Source: an uncultured Gemmatimonadaceae bacterium (lineage in GTDB: Bacteria > Gemmatimonadota > Gemmatimonadetes > Gemmatimonadales > Gemmatimonadaceae). From it: a DNA stretch of 64,000 nt. Under the pieces are notes generated by a model. The model saw nothing but the letters and a program-made list of their open reading frames with translations, ran no database searches and was not told the DNA's origin. Position numbers and translations under genes: made by a program. Location: positions 96,001 to 160,000 of the forward strand of contig CAWAGQ010000005.1 in NCBI GenBank assembly GCA_963781585.1, written 5' to 3'. This document shows positions 1 to 11,113 of the stretch, piece after piece. The number at the start of each line of letters is the position of its first letter. Position 1 is the stretch's first letter.

Positions 1-766
1 GGACCGTTCGGCCGATAATCGATCGGTCGGCCCCCAGTTCCTGCCAGAGGCCGTAACTCAACACCGCCGTCGCTGCCGCGCCGGGCCGGTCGTCGCCGGT
101 CTCGAACGTCCGGCCGAACAGCGCGTGGACGCCGAGGACGCTGAAGAGCTCCCACGAAGCAGCGATGCCGGAAACGAGGCGGGACGGGGCGTCTCCCAGC
201 TCGAGCGTCTCGTCGTCCGTGGTGTACTGCGCCACCCGGGAAAAGCCCGGGAAGTGCCCGCGAAGATACGCGAACTCCTGCGGCGTCCAGGAATACGGTT
301 TCCAGAAGACGCCGATCGTGCTCTGGTCGTGGAACGGGAGCGGGTCCAGCAGTACGGCGCGGGCGATCCCGAAGACCGCCGCGGTACCGCCGATTCCCAG
401 GGCCAGGGTCAGGACGGCAACGGTGGCATAGACCGGCCGGCGAACCAGCCGGCGGGCCGCGTATCGCGCGTCGATGAGCCAGCGTTCGAGGAATGGCCCT
501 CCGGGTCGCACCACGTTTGCCGCCGCCTCGAATCCCGTCCATCCACGCCACCAGCTGCGCCTGACGAGCGCCGGCAGCGATGCTGCGGCCTGCCGCCACC
601 ACCACAGGCGGGCCCGCCAGGAGCCGTCCCTGGCAACCCGGTCTCCGAATTCGGCAGACAGGTCGGCGAGCACCTCCTCGCGCTCGGCGACCGGGAGGAG
701 CGCCCGCAGCAGCGCCGCCGGCAGGCGAGGGACCGAACTGGGACGCGGACGGTGAAGATGAGTCAT
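1..766 (-). CDS. ABC transporter permease, ADOP/FtsX-MacB family (5' part; runs off the window)
   Basis: Own translation from ATG at 766: MTHLHRPRPSSVPRLPAALLRALLPVAEREEVLADL...DARYAARRLVRRPVYATVAVLTLALGIGGTAAVFGIARAVLLDPLPF...GRTFETGDDRPGAAATAVLSYGLWQ. This is typical ADOP N-terminus and a paralog of 6178..8934. Not in the ORF track because it is open-ended. Confidence 0.9.
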   Translation of the reverse strand, partial: MTHLHRPRPSSVPRLPAALLRALLPVAEREEVLADLSAEFGDRVARDGSWRARLWWWRQAAASLPALVRRSWWRGWTGFEAAANVVRPGGPFLERWLIDARYAARRLVRRPVYATVAVLTLALGIGGTAAVFGIARAVLLDPLPFHDQSTIGVFWKPYSWTPQEFAYLRGHFPGFSRVAQYTTDDETLELGDAPSRLVSGIAASWELFSVLGVHALFGRTFETGDDRPGAAATAVLSYGLWQELGADRSIIGRTV

Positions 767-768
767 GA

Positions 769-783
769 TTCTACAATGTAGAA
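769..783. promoter_or_regulatory. Perfect 7-1-7 palindrome TTCTACA-A-TGTAGAA, candidate PadR-type operator
   Basis: AT-rich inverted repeat 2 bp upstream of the ADOP permease ATG. Shares the ACA-A-TGT core with the palindrome upstream of padR (5701-5729). Confidence 0.6.
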
Positions 784-903
784 ATAGCCGTCGGCTCTGT
801 CACTGCAAGGCTCGCGGCGTTTCAGTTGGATGGGCGGGGCGCCTGAAATGGTTGGAACGCCGAGGCGGAGCGCGGTCTGAGGCGCCGCAGCCGCGCGAGA
901 GAC

Positions 904-1443
904 CTACCGAAAGACGTCGTCCAGCTCGACCGTCAGCGTCGCCGCGACCCCCTCCACCGTCCACGTGAGCCGGTCACGGGACTCCAGATCATCCCGTCCT
1001 GGGCGCACCGAGGTAATGGCGCGCTGCCCGGGATCCACGATCCAGTACTCGGCGACACCCGCATCCATGTAGAGGTCTCTCTTCTGCATGCGATCGCGGC
1101 GGCGCGTGGAGTCGGAGAGCACCTCTACGATCAGGATGGGCACGGGCCAGTCCTCCCAGGCAATGTCAGGGCCCGGTGGAGGCTGACGTACCATGAGATC
1201 CGGCTCCACCTCAGAGCCCTCGTACCGCACCACCGCGCGGGGGTGGTAGATGAATCCGAGTCCGTGCGTGCGTATGAAGGGTTCGAGGATCCGCGTCAGG
1301 CGCGCGAGTACAGTCTCATGACCCACGGTTGGCGGGGGCGTCACGAACAAGTCGCCCCGCACGAGCTCGTACTTGTTGCCGTCGTCGGGGAGGCTGTGCA
1401 GTTCCTCGAGAGTCCACCTCTTGGTCGTCGTGGCCATGTGCAT
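904..1443 (-). CDS. Uma2 (DUF820) family endonuclease
   Basis: Motifs WTLEEL..LPDDGNKYELVRG, EPDL, ILIVEVLSDST...D...KRDLY...GVAEYWIVDP. RBS GAGGAG before ATG at 1443. Confidence 0.9.
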   Translation of the reverse strand: MHMATTTKRWTLEELHSLPDDGNKYELVRGDLFVTPPPTVGHETVLARLTRILEPFIRTHGLGFIYHPRAVVRYEGSEVEPDLMVRQPPPGPDIAWEDWPVPILIVEVLSDSTRRRDRMQKRDLYMDAGVAEYWIVDPGQRAITSVRPGRDDLESRDRLTWTVEGVAATLTVELDDVFR

Positions 1444-1620
1444 GACGCCTGCCTCCTCGGCCGATTGCCACACGCGCGCATGCGCCGAGGGTAGCAGCGC
1501 GCCGGCAGGTCACCCGCATCGTTCCACCGCAACTCGCATCATCACGCTGCGCGATCGGGCCGCAGGCGAGCCCCATGCCGAGGGTACGCTCGGCCGCACC
1601 GCCGAGTCAAGGCACGCGCC

Positions 1621-1794
1621 GTGTATCGCTGGACGCTCACCGGGACAAACACCGGCGCCGAAGGCGACGGCAGGCGGGTTCGGATCAGCGGGTACGAGAA
1701 ATGGACGATGGGCCCGGACGGCCTGATCAGGGAGTCCATGGGACACTTTGACGATGCCGAGTACCGGCGGCAGTTGAAGGCGCGCTCGCCGTAG
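1621..1794 (+). pseudogene. C-terminal fragment of a SnoaL/NTF2-like (ester cyclase-type) protein
   Basis: Own translation: VYRWTLTGTNTGAEGDGRRVRISGYEKWTMGPDGLIRESMGHFDDAEYRRQL*. The N-terminal half is not recognisable upstream. Confidence 0.6.
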
Positions 1795-1891
1795 CCGGTC
1801 TGACAGCACCGCCGCTCCTCGCCATGTGCGCCTCCGTGTGCTACCGTGAAAGCCGTTGGAGCCCATCCCCCCAGGTTCACAGGAGAGCCCC

Positions 1892-2101
1892 ATGGACGAC
1901 GCAACGCGCGCCAGCACCGGCACGAGGCGCTCGAACGGCGCCATCGCGCTGAGCATCATTGGATCCGGCCTGGCCGGCGTGATCGCGATGCTGGCGGTGA
2001 TCCCGGCCTGGTTCGCCCACGACTGGACGGCCGTCGGCGTTCTCACGGGAGCGGCGGGACTTTCGTTCGGACTGCTCGCCAACGCGCTCCTGCGGCAGTG
2101 A
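1892..2101 (+). CDS. Small membrane protein (2 TM), hypothetical
   Basis: RBS AGGAGA then ATG 1892; 69 aa with two hydrophobic segments. Confidence 0.6.
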   Translation: MDDATRASTGTRRSNGAIALSIIGSGLAGVIAMLAVIPAWFAHDWTAVGVLTGAAGLSFGLLANALLRQ

Positions 2102-2268
2102 TGCTCGTCGCGGTACATCGGCGGAGGAGCGGGGCGGGAGGCGTCACGCGGGGCGCACCGCGCCTCTCTCCTGTGCGCCCCAGGCAGGAACAAGGGTCCG
2201 ATGGGGATGCGATCCGTCGCCCACCATTGATTCACATCCACCACCGTCATCTCCCCCGGAGCATCAAG

Positions 2269-3914
2269 ATGAATTCGCGTCGTTCGTTGCGTGCCATGAA
2301 GTCTTCCCTTCTTGCCGCCTTCAGCTCGGCGGTGCTCGTGCTCCCCGCACTTGCGCAGGGTGCCGGCACCGATCCGCGGCTCGAGAAGCTCAAGGCCGAG
2401 GCGCTCACCAGGGTCGACGCGCGTGCCAAGTTGATTCAGGAGATGGTCGACGAGGTCTTCTCGTTCGGCGAGCTCGGGTTCCAGGAGTTCGAGACGTCGA
2501 AGTACCTCACGGGCATCCTCGAGCAGAACGGCTTCACGGTGGAGCGCGGCGTGGCCGGCATTCCCACGGCGTGGGTCGCGCGCTGGGGCTCCGGCAAGCC
2601 GGTGATCTCGCTCGGATCGGACCTCGACGACATTCCGCAGGCGAGCCAGAAACCGGCCGTCGGTTACCACGACCCGATGATCGCCGGTGCGCCGGGGCAC
2701 GGTGAGGGACACAACTCCGGCCAGGCGGTGAACATCGCGGCGGCGCTGGTGGTGAAGGAGATCATGGGGCGCGAGAAGATCCCGGGCACGCTGGTGCTCT
2801 GGCCCGGGGTTGCCGAGGAGCAGCTCGGGTCGAAGGCGTATCTCGTTCGCGCCGGCGTCTTCAAGGACGTGGACGTGACGCTCTTCTCCCACGTGGACAG
2901 CAACCTCGGCGTCTCGGCGGGTCCGTCGGGCCAGCTCGCGCTGCTGTCGGCGCTGTTCAAGTTCCGCGGTCAGACGGCGCACGCCGCGGCGGCACCGTGG
3001 CGCGGGAAGTCGGCGCTCGACGCGGTGATGTTGATGGCCCAGGGGTGGGAGTTCCACCGGGAGCACATGGAACCGGTCCAGCGGTCGCACTACGTGATTC
3101 CCGATGGGGGCGATCAGCCTAACGTGGTTCCGGCGACGGCGTCCATCTGGTTCTACTTCCGCAACGTCGACTACCAGGGCGTCGAGGAGATGTTCGCGGC
3201 CGCCAGGGACATGGCCAGGGGTGCGGCCCTGATGACCGGTGCGCAGCTCGATACAGTCATCATCCTCGGCTCAGCGTGGAACGGGTGGTTCAACCGGACC
3301 ATCGCGCAGACGATGCAGAAGAACATCGAGCGCGTGGGAATGCCCTGCGTGGGACGCAAACGATGAGGCGATGGCGCGGGGGCTGCAGCGCGAGCTCGGC
3401 GTGCGCGAGTCAGGATTGGCGACCCAGGTGAACCAGCTGCGCGACGCCACGCCCACCGGTGGACGCGGTGGCCGGGGCGGTGGTGGGGGCGGCGGGGGCT
3501 CCGACGACATCGGCGATGTGTCGTGGACCGTGCCGACCGTCACGCTGCGGTATCCGTCCAACATCCCCGGTGGACCGGGGCACAACTGGGCGAACGCGAT
3601 CTCGATGGCGACGCCGATCGCCCACAAGGGCGCGGTGGCGGGGGCCAAGGTCCAGGCACTCACGCATGCTCGACATCCTGCTCACGCCGAAGGTCGTGGC
3701 AGACGCGTGGGACTACTTCCGCAACGTCCAGACGAAGGACATCAAGTACACGCCGTTCATCGGGCCGAACGACCAGCCGGCGATCTGGCTCAACGCCGAG
3801 ATCATGGCGAAGTACCGGCCGGAGATGAAGAAGTACTACTACGATCCGGCGAAGTACAAAACGTATCTGGAGCAATTGGGGATCACGTATCCGACGCTGA
3901 GGTCGATCCAATAG
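2269..3914 (+). CDS. Secreted M20 amidohydrolase, AbgB-like (two frameshifts, near 3346 and 3663)
   Basis: Signal peptide; ELGFQEFETS, GHGEGHN, PGVAEEQLG, GQTAHAA, GSDDIGDVSW, SMATPIAHKG, spread over three consecutive frames. Confidence 0.85.
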
Positions 3915-3934
3915 ACAGCGGACAGCAGACATTC

Positions 3935-4030
3935 AGCGCATCGCACTCAGCACTCAGCACTCAATCGCTCAGCACTCAGCACTCCATCGCTCAACACTCA
4001 ACACCCAACACCCAACACCCAACACTCAAC
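3935..4030 (+). repeat. Degenerate heptamer tandem repeat (CAGCACT grading into CAACACC)
   Basis: About 12 imperfect 7-bp units, read directly in the intergenic gap. Confidence 0.8.
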
Positions 4031-4035
4031 AGACA

Positions 4036-5548
4036 TTGCCTCTTCGCGCCTCCCTGCACCAGAACCCGCTCGACATCACGCCGGATGAGTTCCGGCGATT
4101 GGGCCACGCAGTCGTCGACGACCTCGCGGACTTCCTCGACGCCCTGCCGCACCGTCAGGTGACCTCCGGCGCATTCCCGGCGGCCGTCCGCGCCGCACTC
4201 GGCGGTGACGGACTCCCCGAGCATGGGGCCGATCCGGGCGATCTGCTCCGCGAGGCCACACGGCTGCTGGTGAGGGACTCCCTCTTCAACGGACATCCGC
4301 GGTTCCTGGGCTTCATCACCTCATCGGCGTCACCCACTCGGCGCCCTGGCCGACCTGCTCGCCGCCGCGATCAATCCGAACGTTGGCGGCTATGTCCTTT
4401 CCCCCGTGGCTACCGAAATCGAAGCCCAGGCGATACGGTGGATCGCCGAGTTGTTAGGCTATCCCGCATCGTGCGGCGGCCTGTTCGTGAGCGGCGGCAA
4501 CATGGCGAACTTCGTAGCCTTCCTCGCCGCGCGGCGCGCGAAGGCGCCGTGGGACGTTCGCGCGCTGGGGCTCCGTGGTGGCGAGCGCCAGCTCATCGCC
4601 TACGCCTCGAAGGAAACGCATACCTGGTTCCAGAAGGCGGCCGACCTCTTCGGACTCGGCCTCGAAGCCATCCGCTGGATTGCCGTGGACGACCAGCAGC
4701 GCATGGATGTCTCCGAACTCGAGCGTCAGGTCGCGGCCGATCGTCAGGCGGGCACGTTCCCGTTTCTGGTGGTGGGCACCGCCGGCACGGTGAGCACCGG
4801 CGCCGTCGATCCGCTGCGCGAGATCGCCTCCGTCTGCCGGACACACGACCTCTGGTTTCACGTCGACGGCGCATACGGGGCGCCGGCGGCGGCGCTGTCC
4901 GAGGCGCCCGACGATCTCAAGGCGCTGTCGCTGGCGGACTCGGTGGCGGTCGATCCTCACAAGTGGCTCTACGCGCCGATCGAAGCAGGGTGCACGCTGG
5001 TGCGCGACCCGCAGCATCTCATGGATGCGTTCAGTTTTCATCCCGAGTACTACCACTTCGCCGATATGGAGGGCGAGCAGCCGCGCAACTATCACGAGTA
5101 CGGGCCACAGAATTCGCGCGGATTCCGCGCGCTCAAAGTGTGGCTGGGGTTGCGCCAGGCGGGTCGGGCCGGACACACGCGGCTCGTTCGCGAAGACATC
5201 GCCCTGGCACGGCAGCTGTTCGACGAGGTCCGGAAGACGCCCGAGCTCGAGGCGCTCACCCACAACCTCAGCATCACCACATTCCGCTACGTGCCTCCGG
5301 ATGGTGCGGCGTCAGGTTCTGAATCTCGGGAATACCTCAACGAACTGAACGCGGCGATTCTCGAGCGGCTGCAGGCCGAGGGGGAGGTGTTCGTCTCGAA
5401 TGCGCTGATCGACGGGGCGTTCGTGCTGCGCGCGTGCGTGGTGAACTTCCGGACGACGCGGAGCGACATCGAAGCCATCCCGGGCATCGTAGTGCGCGTG
5501 GGACGCGAGGTCGCGGCCAGCCTGAGTGCGCATAGGCCAGCGGACTGA
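4036..5548 (+). CDS. Group II PLP-dependent decarboxylase (aromatic amino acid/glutamate decarboxylase family); frameshift near 4335
   Basis: HPRFLGFI, SGGNMAN, GTAGTVSTGAVDPL, WFHVDGAYG, DSVAVDPHKWLY (PLP lysine), QNSRGFRALKVW. Confidence 0.9.
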
Positions 5549-5602
5549 GGCGGGTCGGTCGACTGAGGGGGAGAGCAACCCTCTTCGCCGGAGCGGACTT
5601 AG

Positions 5603-5839
5603 CCTTTGACCTTTGGCCTTTGACCTTTGGCCTTTGACCTTTGGCCTTTGACCCCGGCCTTCGCCTTCCCCACATCAAACGCTTTCCGTCGAGGCGGTGT
5701 CTATTATCCCGACAATGTCAGTGAAATAGCTTTGGCCTTTGACCTTTGGCCTTTGACCTTTGGCCTTTGACCTTTGGCCTTTGGCCTTTGGCCTTTGTTT
5801 GACCTTTGGCCTTTGGCCTTTGGCCTTTGGCCTTTGACC
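5603..5839 (+). repeat. Two arrays of CCTTTG(A/G) heptamers (5603-5653 and 5730-5839) flanking a palindrome
   Basis: Tandem CCTTTGA/CCTTTGG units read directly. Confidence 0.95.
5701..5729. promoter_or_regulatory. Imperfect 29-bp palindrome CTATT-N5-GACA-A-TGTC-N5-AATAG, candidate PadR autoregulatory operator
   Basis: Dyad centred on 5715, upstream of padR; core matches 769-783. Confidence 0.5.
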
Positions 5840-5854
5840 CTGGACTCTCGCCCC

Positions 5855-6181
5855 ATGCCCCAGTCCCTCGGTGAATTCGAGCAGCTCGTGCTTCTCGCCC
5901 TCGCCCGGCTGGACGATGAAGCCTACGGCGTCACGGTGCAGCAGGAGATCACGCGACACGCACGCCGCGAGGTCGGACTCGGCAGTGTCTACAAGACCCT
6001 CAGCCGACTCGAGGACAAGGGAATGGTCGAGTCCTGGGCCGGCGAGCCTTCGCCCGTGCGCGGTGGACGGCGCAAGAAACACTATCACCTCCTCCCTGCG
6101 GGATCCCGCGAGCTCCAGCGGTCACTGGCCGCGCTCCGGGGCATGACGCGCGGTCTCACGCCACGGCTGGAGCTGCGATGA
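5855..6181 (+). CDS. PadR family transcriptional regulator
   Basis: LGEFEQLVLLAL...AYGVTVQQEI...GSVYKTLSRLEDKG...RGGRRKKHY. Overlaps the next ATG (ATGA). Confidence 0.92.
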   Translation: MPQSLGEFEQLVLLALARLDDEAYGVTVQQEITRHARREVGLGSVYKTLSRLEDKGMVESWAGEPSPVRGGRRKKHYHLLPAGSRELQRSLAALRGMTRGLTPRLELR

Positions 6182-8934
6182 CGGACTATCCCCGGGATCG
6201 CACGCCGGATCCGGCGGGTGGTCAATTGCATCCAACGAATACCCGTCCGATTCCCGACGAACACGCCGCCACCGATCCGGCGCGGCCCGGTCATGGTCTG
6301 CCGCCGAGGCTCGCGGTGTCCCTCGTCGTGCACCGCGTCCCCGACCGCGATCGCGAGTTCCTTCTCGGCGACCTCGAGGAAGCCTTTCACCATCGGGTGA
6401 GCGCAGTCGGCCGGCGACGGGCCCGACGCTGGTTCTGGCGCGAGGCCCTTCGGATGCTCCTCTCCCCCTGGCCATCACCTCGGGCGCCTCGCGTGCCTGA
6501 CGCTCCACAGGAGACCGGTATGCGCTCGCTCCTCAGTGATCTGCGATTCGCCGTCCGCACCATCGCTCGCACGCCCGGCGTGAGCGCGCTCATCGTACTC
6601 ACGCTGGCGCTCGGCATTGGCGCGGCGAGCGGCATCTTCAGCATCGTCTATCCGGCGCTGTTCGAGCTCCCCGGCCTGCGCGAGCCCTCCCGGGTGGTGC
6701 TCCTCTGGGAGCGCGAGCGCGCGGGTACCGAGAGCAACGTCGGCTACCTCACCTTCACCGACCTCCAGCGCGAGACGAAAAGCCTCGAGTCAGCCGCTGC
6801 GATGAGCTATTGGCAGCCGATCATTCGGGGAGGCATCGAGCCTGAGCGCCTCGACGGCCAACGCGTCACCGCCCGGTTCTTCCACGTGCTCGGCGTCCAG
6901 CCGTTGTTAGGCAGGGACTTCACGCCGGAGGAGGACCGGAACGGCGCCAACCGCGTCCTCATCCTGACCTACGGCCTCTGGCAACGCCGCTTCGCGGGCG
7001 ACAGTGGCATCATCGGCCGGACGGTCCCCCTCGGCGACACGCCCTATACCGTGGTCGGCGTGCTTCCACCGGACTTCGAGAGCGTTCTCGCCCCCGGCTC
7101 GGAGGTCTTCGGGCCGCTGGGATATGACGCTTCGCTCCCCTACGCCTGCCGGAGCTGTCGCCACCTTCGCGTGGTCGCCCGCGTCCGTGACGGCTTCACG
7201 ATTGCGAGCGCCGAGCGCGAGCTGAGTGCGCTGATGCCCGCGATCATCGCGCAAGCGCCGCGGGACTACGACGACAACGGCGTTTCGCTCGTCCCGCTGC
7301 ACGACTACATGACTCGCATGGCCAGGCCGGCGCTCCTGGCACTGGTGGGAGCCGTCGGGTTCGTCTTGCTGATCGCGTGCGCGAATGCCGCCAATCTCAT
7401 CCTGGGGCGCACGATTCGTCGTGAGTCGGAGTTCGCGGTGCGCACGGCGCTCGGCGCCGGCCGACGCCGCCTGGTTCGACTGATCCTGAGTGAGAGTCTG
7501 GTGCTGGCCCTGGTCGCGGGGGCGCTTGGGGCGGTTCTCGCGGTCGTGGGAGTACGCCTCTTCCTTCGATTCCAGCCCGCAGGCATACCCCGAATCGAGC
7601 ACATTCGCGTCAACGGAGTCGTGCTCGCGTTCACCTTCCTGGTGGCGATGCTGACGGGGCTGGCGGCAAGTCTGCTGCCTGCGATCGCGACGGCCCGCAG
7701 CGATCTGCACGGGTTGCTGAAGGCCGGCGCGCGTGGATTGTCGCAGGGGGTGCGGCATCGTCTCCGGGCGACGCTGGTGATCACCGAAGTCGCGCTCGCC
7801 GTCACGTTGCTCGCCGGCGCGACCCTGCTGTTCGAGAGTCTCAGCCGGCTCCTGGCCGTCAATGCCGGCTTCGACATGCGCAACCGCCTGACGATGGAGG
7901 TACAGGTCTCCGGTTCGAAGTACAGTGACAACGCCGTGGTTCAGCAGTTCTTCCACGACGCCATGGATGCCGTCCGCGCGGTTCCCGGGGTGCTGGCGGT
8001 GGGAGCGGCGAGTGAGCTCCCACTGGGCGGCAACGTCGACATGTACGGCGTGCACAGTGACGTGAACCCGGACCCCGCTTCCGAGCGGGATCCGGCTGCC
8101 CTTCGCTACACCATGACCGCCGACTTCCTTCAGGCGATGGGCATCCCCCTGCTGCGGGGGCGCACGGTCACGGCCGACGAGGTGCGTCGATCAGACCGCG
8201 TCGTGCTGATCAACCGGGCAATGGGACAGCGGCTGTACGGTTCGGCCGATCCGCTTGGCCACCGCATTCACATCGGTGGTCCGGACAGTCCCTGGCTGAC
8301 GATCGTGGGGGAGGTGGGGAACGTGCATCATCGCGGCCTCGACTCCGGTGACGAGCTGCAGATGTACCTGCCGTTCGGCCAGCCCTACACCGACGGTGGC
8401 ATGTCGTTCGTGGTGAAGACGGCGGCCGATCCCGCCTCCTTTCCCGCGGCGGTCCGGCGTGCGATCTGGTCGGTGGATCCCAACGTGGCGATCGAAAAGG
8501 TGGCGACGATGGAATCGCTGCTGGCGCAATCGACGTCGCAGCGCCGGCTCGCGCTGACGACGTTCGGGGTATTCGCGCTGATCGCGCTGGCGCTGGCCGC
8601 GGCCGGCATCTTCGGCGTGCTGGCCACGTCGGTCGCCGAGCGCACCCGGGAGATCGGCGTCCGCACCGCGTTAGGCGCTCCGCAGTCGCGGATCCTCGGC
8701 ATGGTGGTGCGGCAGGGACTGCGCCTCACGACGGTGGGACTGGTGCTGGGCATCGGCGGGGCGCAGGCGGCCGGCCGGCTGATCGAGCGGCTGCTGTTCG
8801 GCGTGCGCCCGCACGATCCGCTGGTGCTCCTGCTGGTCAGCGCCGTGCTGGGCGTGATTGCGATGGTGGCGTGTGCGATCCCCGCGCTGCGTGCCTCACG
8901 CGTCGATCCGGTGATCGCCCTGCGGGACAGTTAG
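6178..8934 (+). CDS. ABC transporter permease, ADOP/duplicated MacB-FtsX family
   Basis: DLRFAVRTI..TPG...TLALGIGA, VLLIACANAANL, EFAVRTALGAGR, RTREIGVRTALGA, RASRVDPVIALR. Confidence 0.93.
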   Translation: MTDYPRDRTPDPAGGQLHPTNTRPIPDEHAATDPARPGHGLPPRLAVSLVVHRVPDRDREFLLGDLEEAFHHRVSAVGRRRARRWFWREALRMLLSPWPSPRAPRVPDAPQETGMRSLLSDLRFAVRTIARTPGVSALIVLTLALGIGAASGIFSIVYPALFELPGLREPSRVVLLWERERAGTESNVGYLTFTDLQRETKSLESAAAMSYWQPIIRGGIEPERLDGQRVTARFFHVLGVQPLLGRDFTPEEDRNGANRVLILTYGLWQRRFAGDSGIIGRTVPLGDTPYTVVGVLPPDFESVLAPGSEVFGPLGYDASLPYACRSCRHLRVVARVRDGFTIASAERELSALMPAIIAQAPRDYDDNGVSLVPLHDYMTRMARPALLALVGAVGFVLLIACANAANLILGRTIRRESEFAVRTALGAGRRRLVRLILSESLVLALVAGALGAVLAVVGVRLFLRFQPAGIPRIEHIRVNGVVLAFTFLVAMLTGLAASLLPAIATARSDLHGLLKAGARGLSQGVRHRLRATLVITEVALAVTLLAGATLLFESLSRLLAVNAGFDMRNRLTMEVQVSGSKYSDNAVVQQFFHDAMDAVRAVPGVLAVGAASELPLGGNVDMYGVHSDVNPDPASERDPAALRYTMTADFLQAMGIPLLRGRTVTADEVRRSDRVVLINRAMGQRLYGSADPLGHRIHIGGPDSPWLTIVGEVGNVHHRGLDSGDELQMYLPFGQPYTDGGMSFVVKTAADPASFPAAVRRAIWSVDPNVAIEKVATMESLLAQSTSQRRLALTTFGVFALIALALAAAGIFGVLATSVAERTREIGVRTALGAPQSRILGMVVRQGLRLTTVGLVLGIGGAQAAGRLIERLLFGVRPHDPLVLLLVSAVLGVIAMVACAIPALRASRVDPVIALRDS

Positions 8935-9030
8935 GTCTCAGGCCACAGGCCAAAAACCAGACAGCGTCCATCGAGCGGGCCGCGGGGCGGCGGATGACCG
9001 ACGCCCTCAGACTGGCGAGTCGGTGTTGTG

Positions 9031-9209
9031 CCTTGGCCTTTGACCTTTGGCCTCTGGCCTTTGACCTTTGGCCTTTGGCCCTTGGCCCTTGGCCCTTGGC
9101 CTCTGGCCTTTGACCTTTGGCCTTTGACCTTTGGCCTTTGGCCCTTGGCCTTTGACCTTTGGCCTTTGGCCCTTGGCCCTTGGCCTCTGGCCTCTGGCCT
9201 TTGACCTTT
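9031..9209 (+). repeat. Heptamer tandem array CCT(T/C)TG(G/A), about 25 units
   Basis: Read directly; intergenic. Confidence 0.95.
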
Positions 9210-9276
9210 CAGTTCTATTGACTCCCTTCCCCGGGCAGGCTAGCGTCGTCCTGGCACTGGCCCCGTAGGTGTTGTC

Positions 9277-11026
9277 ATGAGTCGAAATCCCTGGACCGCC
9301 CTGGCAGGCCGCTGCGCGCTCGTCGTCGCCTCGGGACTTCTCATCGCCAGTCGCCCGCTGCCGGCGCAGATCGTCACCGGGACGGTCACCGATGCCCAGT
9401 CGGGCGCACCGGTGCGGGGCGCCGTCGTGACGCTCACCGCGCGCGCGGGGAACGGCAGTGTGCGACGCACCGTCAGCGACCCGGCCGGGACGTTCGCCCT
9501 CGGCGCTCCCGCCCCCGGATCGTACACCCTGGACGTGCGCGCCATCGGCTTCACCCCCTGGATCGACAGCACCGTGACGTTAGGCGCGGGCGAATCGCGC
9601 GTCGAACAGGTCGCCCTCAAGCCGTTCACCGTCCGGTTGGCGACCGTCCGTGTGCAGGGGCGCAGTGCCTGTCGCCGGTCCGGCGATCTCGATGTGGTCA
9701 CCACCGAGGTCTGGGACAACGTGTGGGCGGCGCTGGCATCCACCGAAATCGCGCACGCGCAGCAGGTGCAGGCCGACGTCTTCATGTACACCCGGGAGTT
9801 CGACGCCGAGTCGGGCGTGGTGCTCTCCGAGGACCACAACACCATTCAGGTGCGGGATGAGCGTCCGTTCCGCACCGCGCCGCCGGCCGAGCTTGCCCGG
9901 TACGGCTACTGGCGCCAGACCGTCGGCGGGCAGATCAACTACTACGGGCCCGACGCGCAGGTGCTGATGTCCCCGGAGTTCCTGGCCAGCCACTGCTTCT
10001 CGCTCGTCCGGGACGACAGCGCCGCCGCTCCCCGCATCGGACTCACCTTCCGGCCCAGCCGGGGCAACGCCAACGACGTGGAAGGAGTGCTCTGGATCGA
10101 TGCGCTCAGCGGCGAGTTGCGCGATCTCGAGTATGCCTACACCGGCCTTCCGCCTCTGCGTGGACGCCGCGCCGAGGGGCAGATCTCGTTCTCGCGCCTG
10201 CCCAACGGTGTCTGGGTGGACGATCGCTGGCTGATTCGCCATCCGCTGCAGCCGGGCGACGGATCCAGGCCGTCTCGTGACGCCCGCTCGCTGGAGATGC
10301 GGGAGGGGGGCGGCTTCGTGCTGACCAGCTTGTCGAGGGAGAACTATTTCGTCACCGCCGTGGGGCACATCCGGGATGGCGTGAACCAGCCGGCTCGCGG
10401 CGCGACGGTGGAGGTCATCGGAACGGACAAGCACGTGCTGGTGGATGAGGAGGGGGCATTCCGCATCGATACGATTCTGGAGGGCACGTACGAGATCCGC
10501 GTGATGCGTGCGGGCTCGGCGGAGGCTGGCGGCTTCGTCCAGCTGGGCACGGTCCCCTTCGAGGCGGGTGGCGCCACGCGTGTGGACGTCCGCGTTCCGG
10601 AGGTCGGACGCATGGTGGCGGACCTCTGTGAGGGAAAGACGCGACCCGATGGCGTTGCGCTCTACGGTGTGCTGCGCGACATCCATTCCGGTCGACCGGT
10701 CGCCAACTACGGCATGGAGGTCGGGTGGTCAACGCTCCTCGATTCGTCGGCCGGTACGCCGGTGCGGCGTCGCGCCGGCGGCGCCACCGTGACGTCCGAT
10801 TGGCGCGGTGCCTTCCTCGTGTGCAACGTCACGCCGGGAAGTGACGTGCGCTTCCGCGCCGCGCGCGCGAAGGACGAGGACTGGAGCCAGTTCCTCCCGG
10901 CAGGCTCGCACCTGTTCGCCATCGAGATCGCGGTGGACACCGCCGCGAAGGGCTCGGCGGGCAGGGGGACTTCAGCCGATCCAGACGCTCGGCGAGATCC
11001 TACCGAAGACCAGGCCGTGGAAATAG
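9277..11026 (+). CDS. Secreted protein with carboxypeptidase-regulatory-like domains; true end probably 11026 (indel near 10965)
   Basis: Signal peptide; GTVTDAQSGAPVRGAVVTL...G.YTL.VRAIGF. An alternative frame ends GGLQPIQTLGEILPKTRPWK* at 11026, directly before a hairpin. Confidence 0.75.
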
Positions 11027-11028
11027 AA

Positions 11029-11052
11029 CGGCCCCGGCACCTGCCGGGGCCG
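11029..11052. terminator. GC-rich hairpin between convergent genes
   Basis: CGGCCCCGGC-ACCT-GCCGGGGCCG, perfect 10-bp stem. Confidence 0.65.
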
Positions 11053-11113
11053 CCGCCTGACGAGTCATCCCCTCCGGTCAGGGAGAGCCGGGTGGCCGTC
11101 CCGGGCGACCTCC

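Noticed and set aside
5603..9209. CRISPR array or repeat-encoded proteins (MAFGLWPL.../QRPKAKG... ORFs)
   Set aside because: These are 7-bp tandem units without spacers or cas genes. The ORFs are translations of the repeats.
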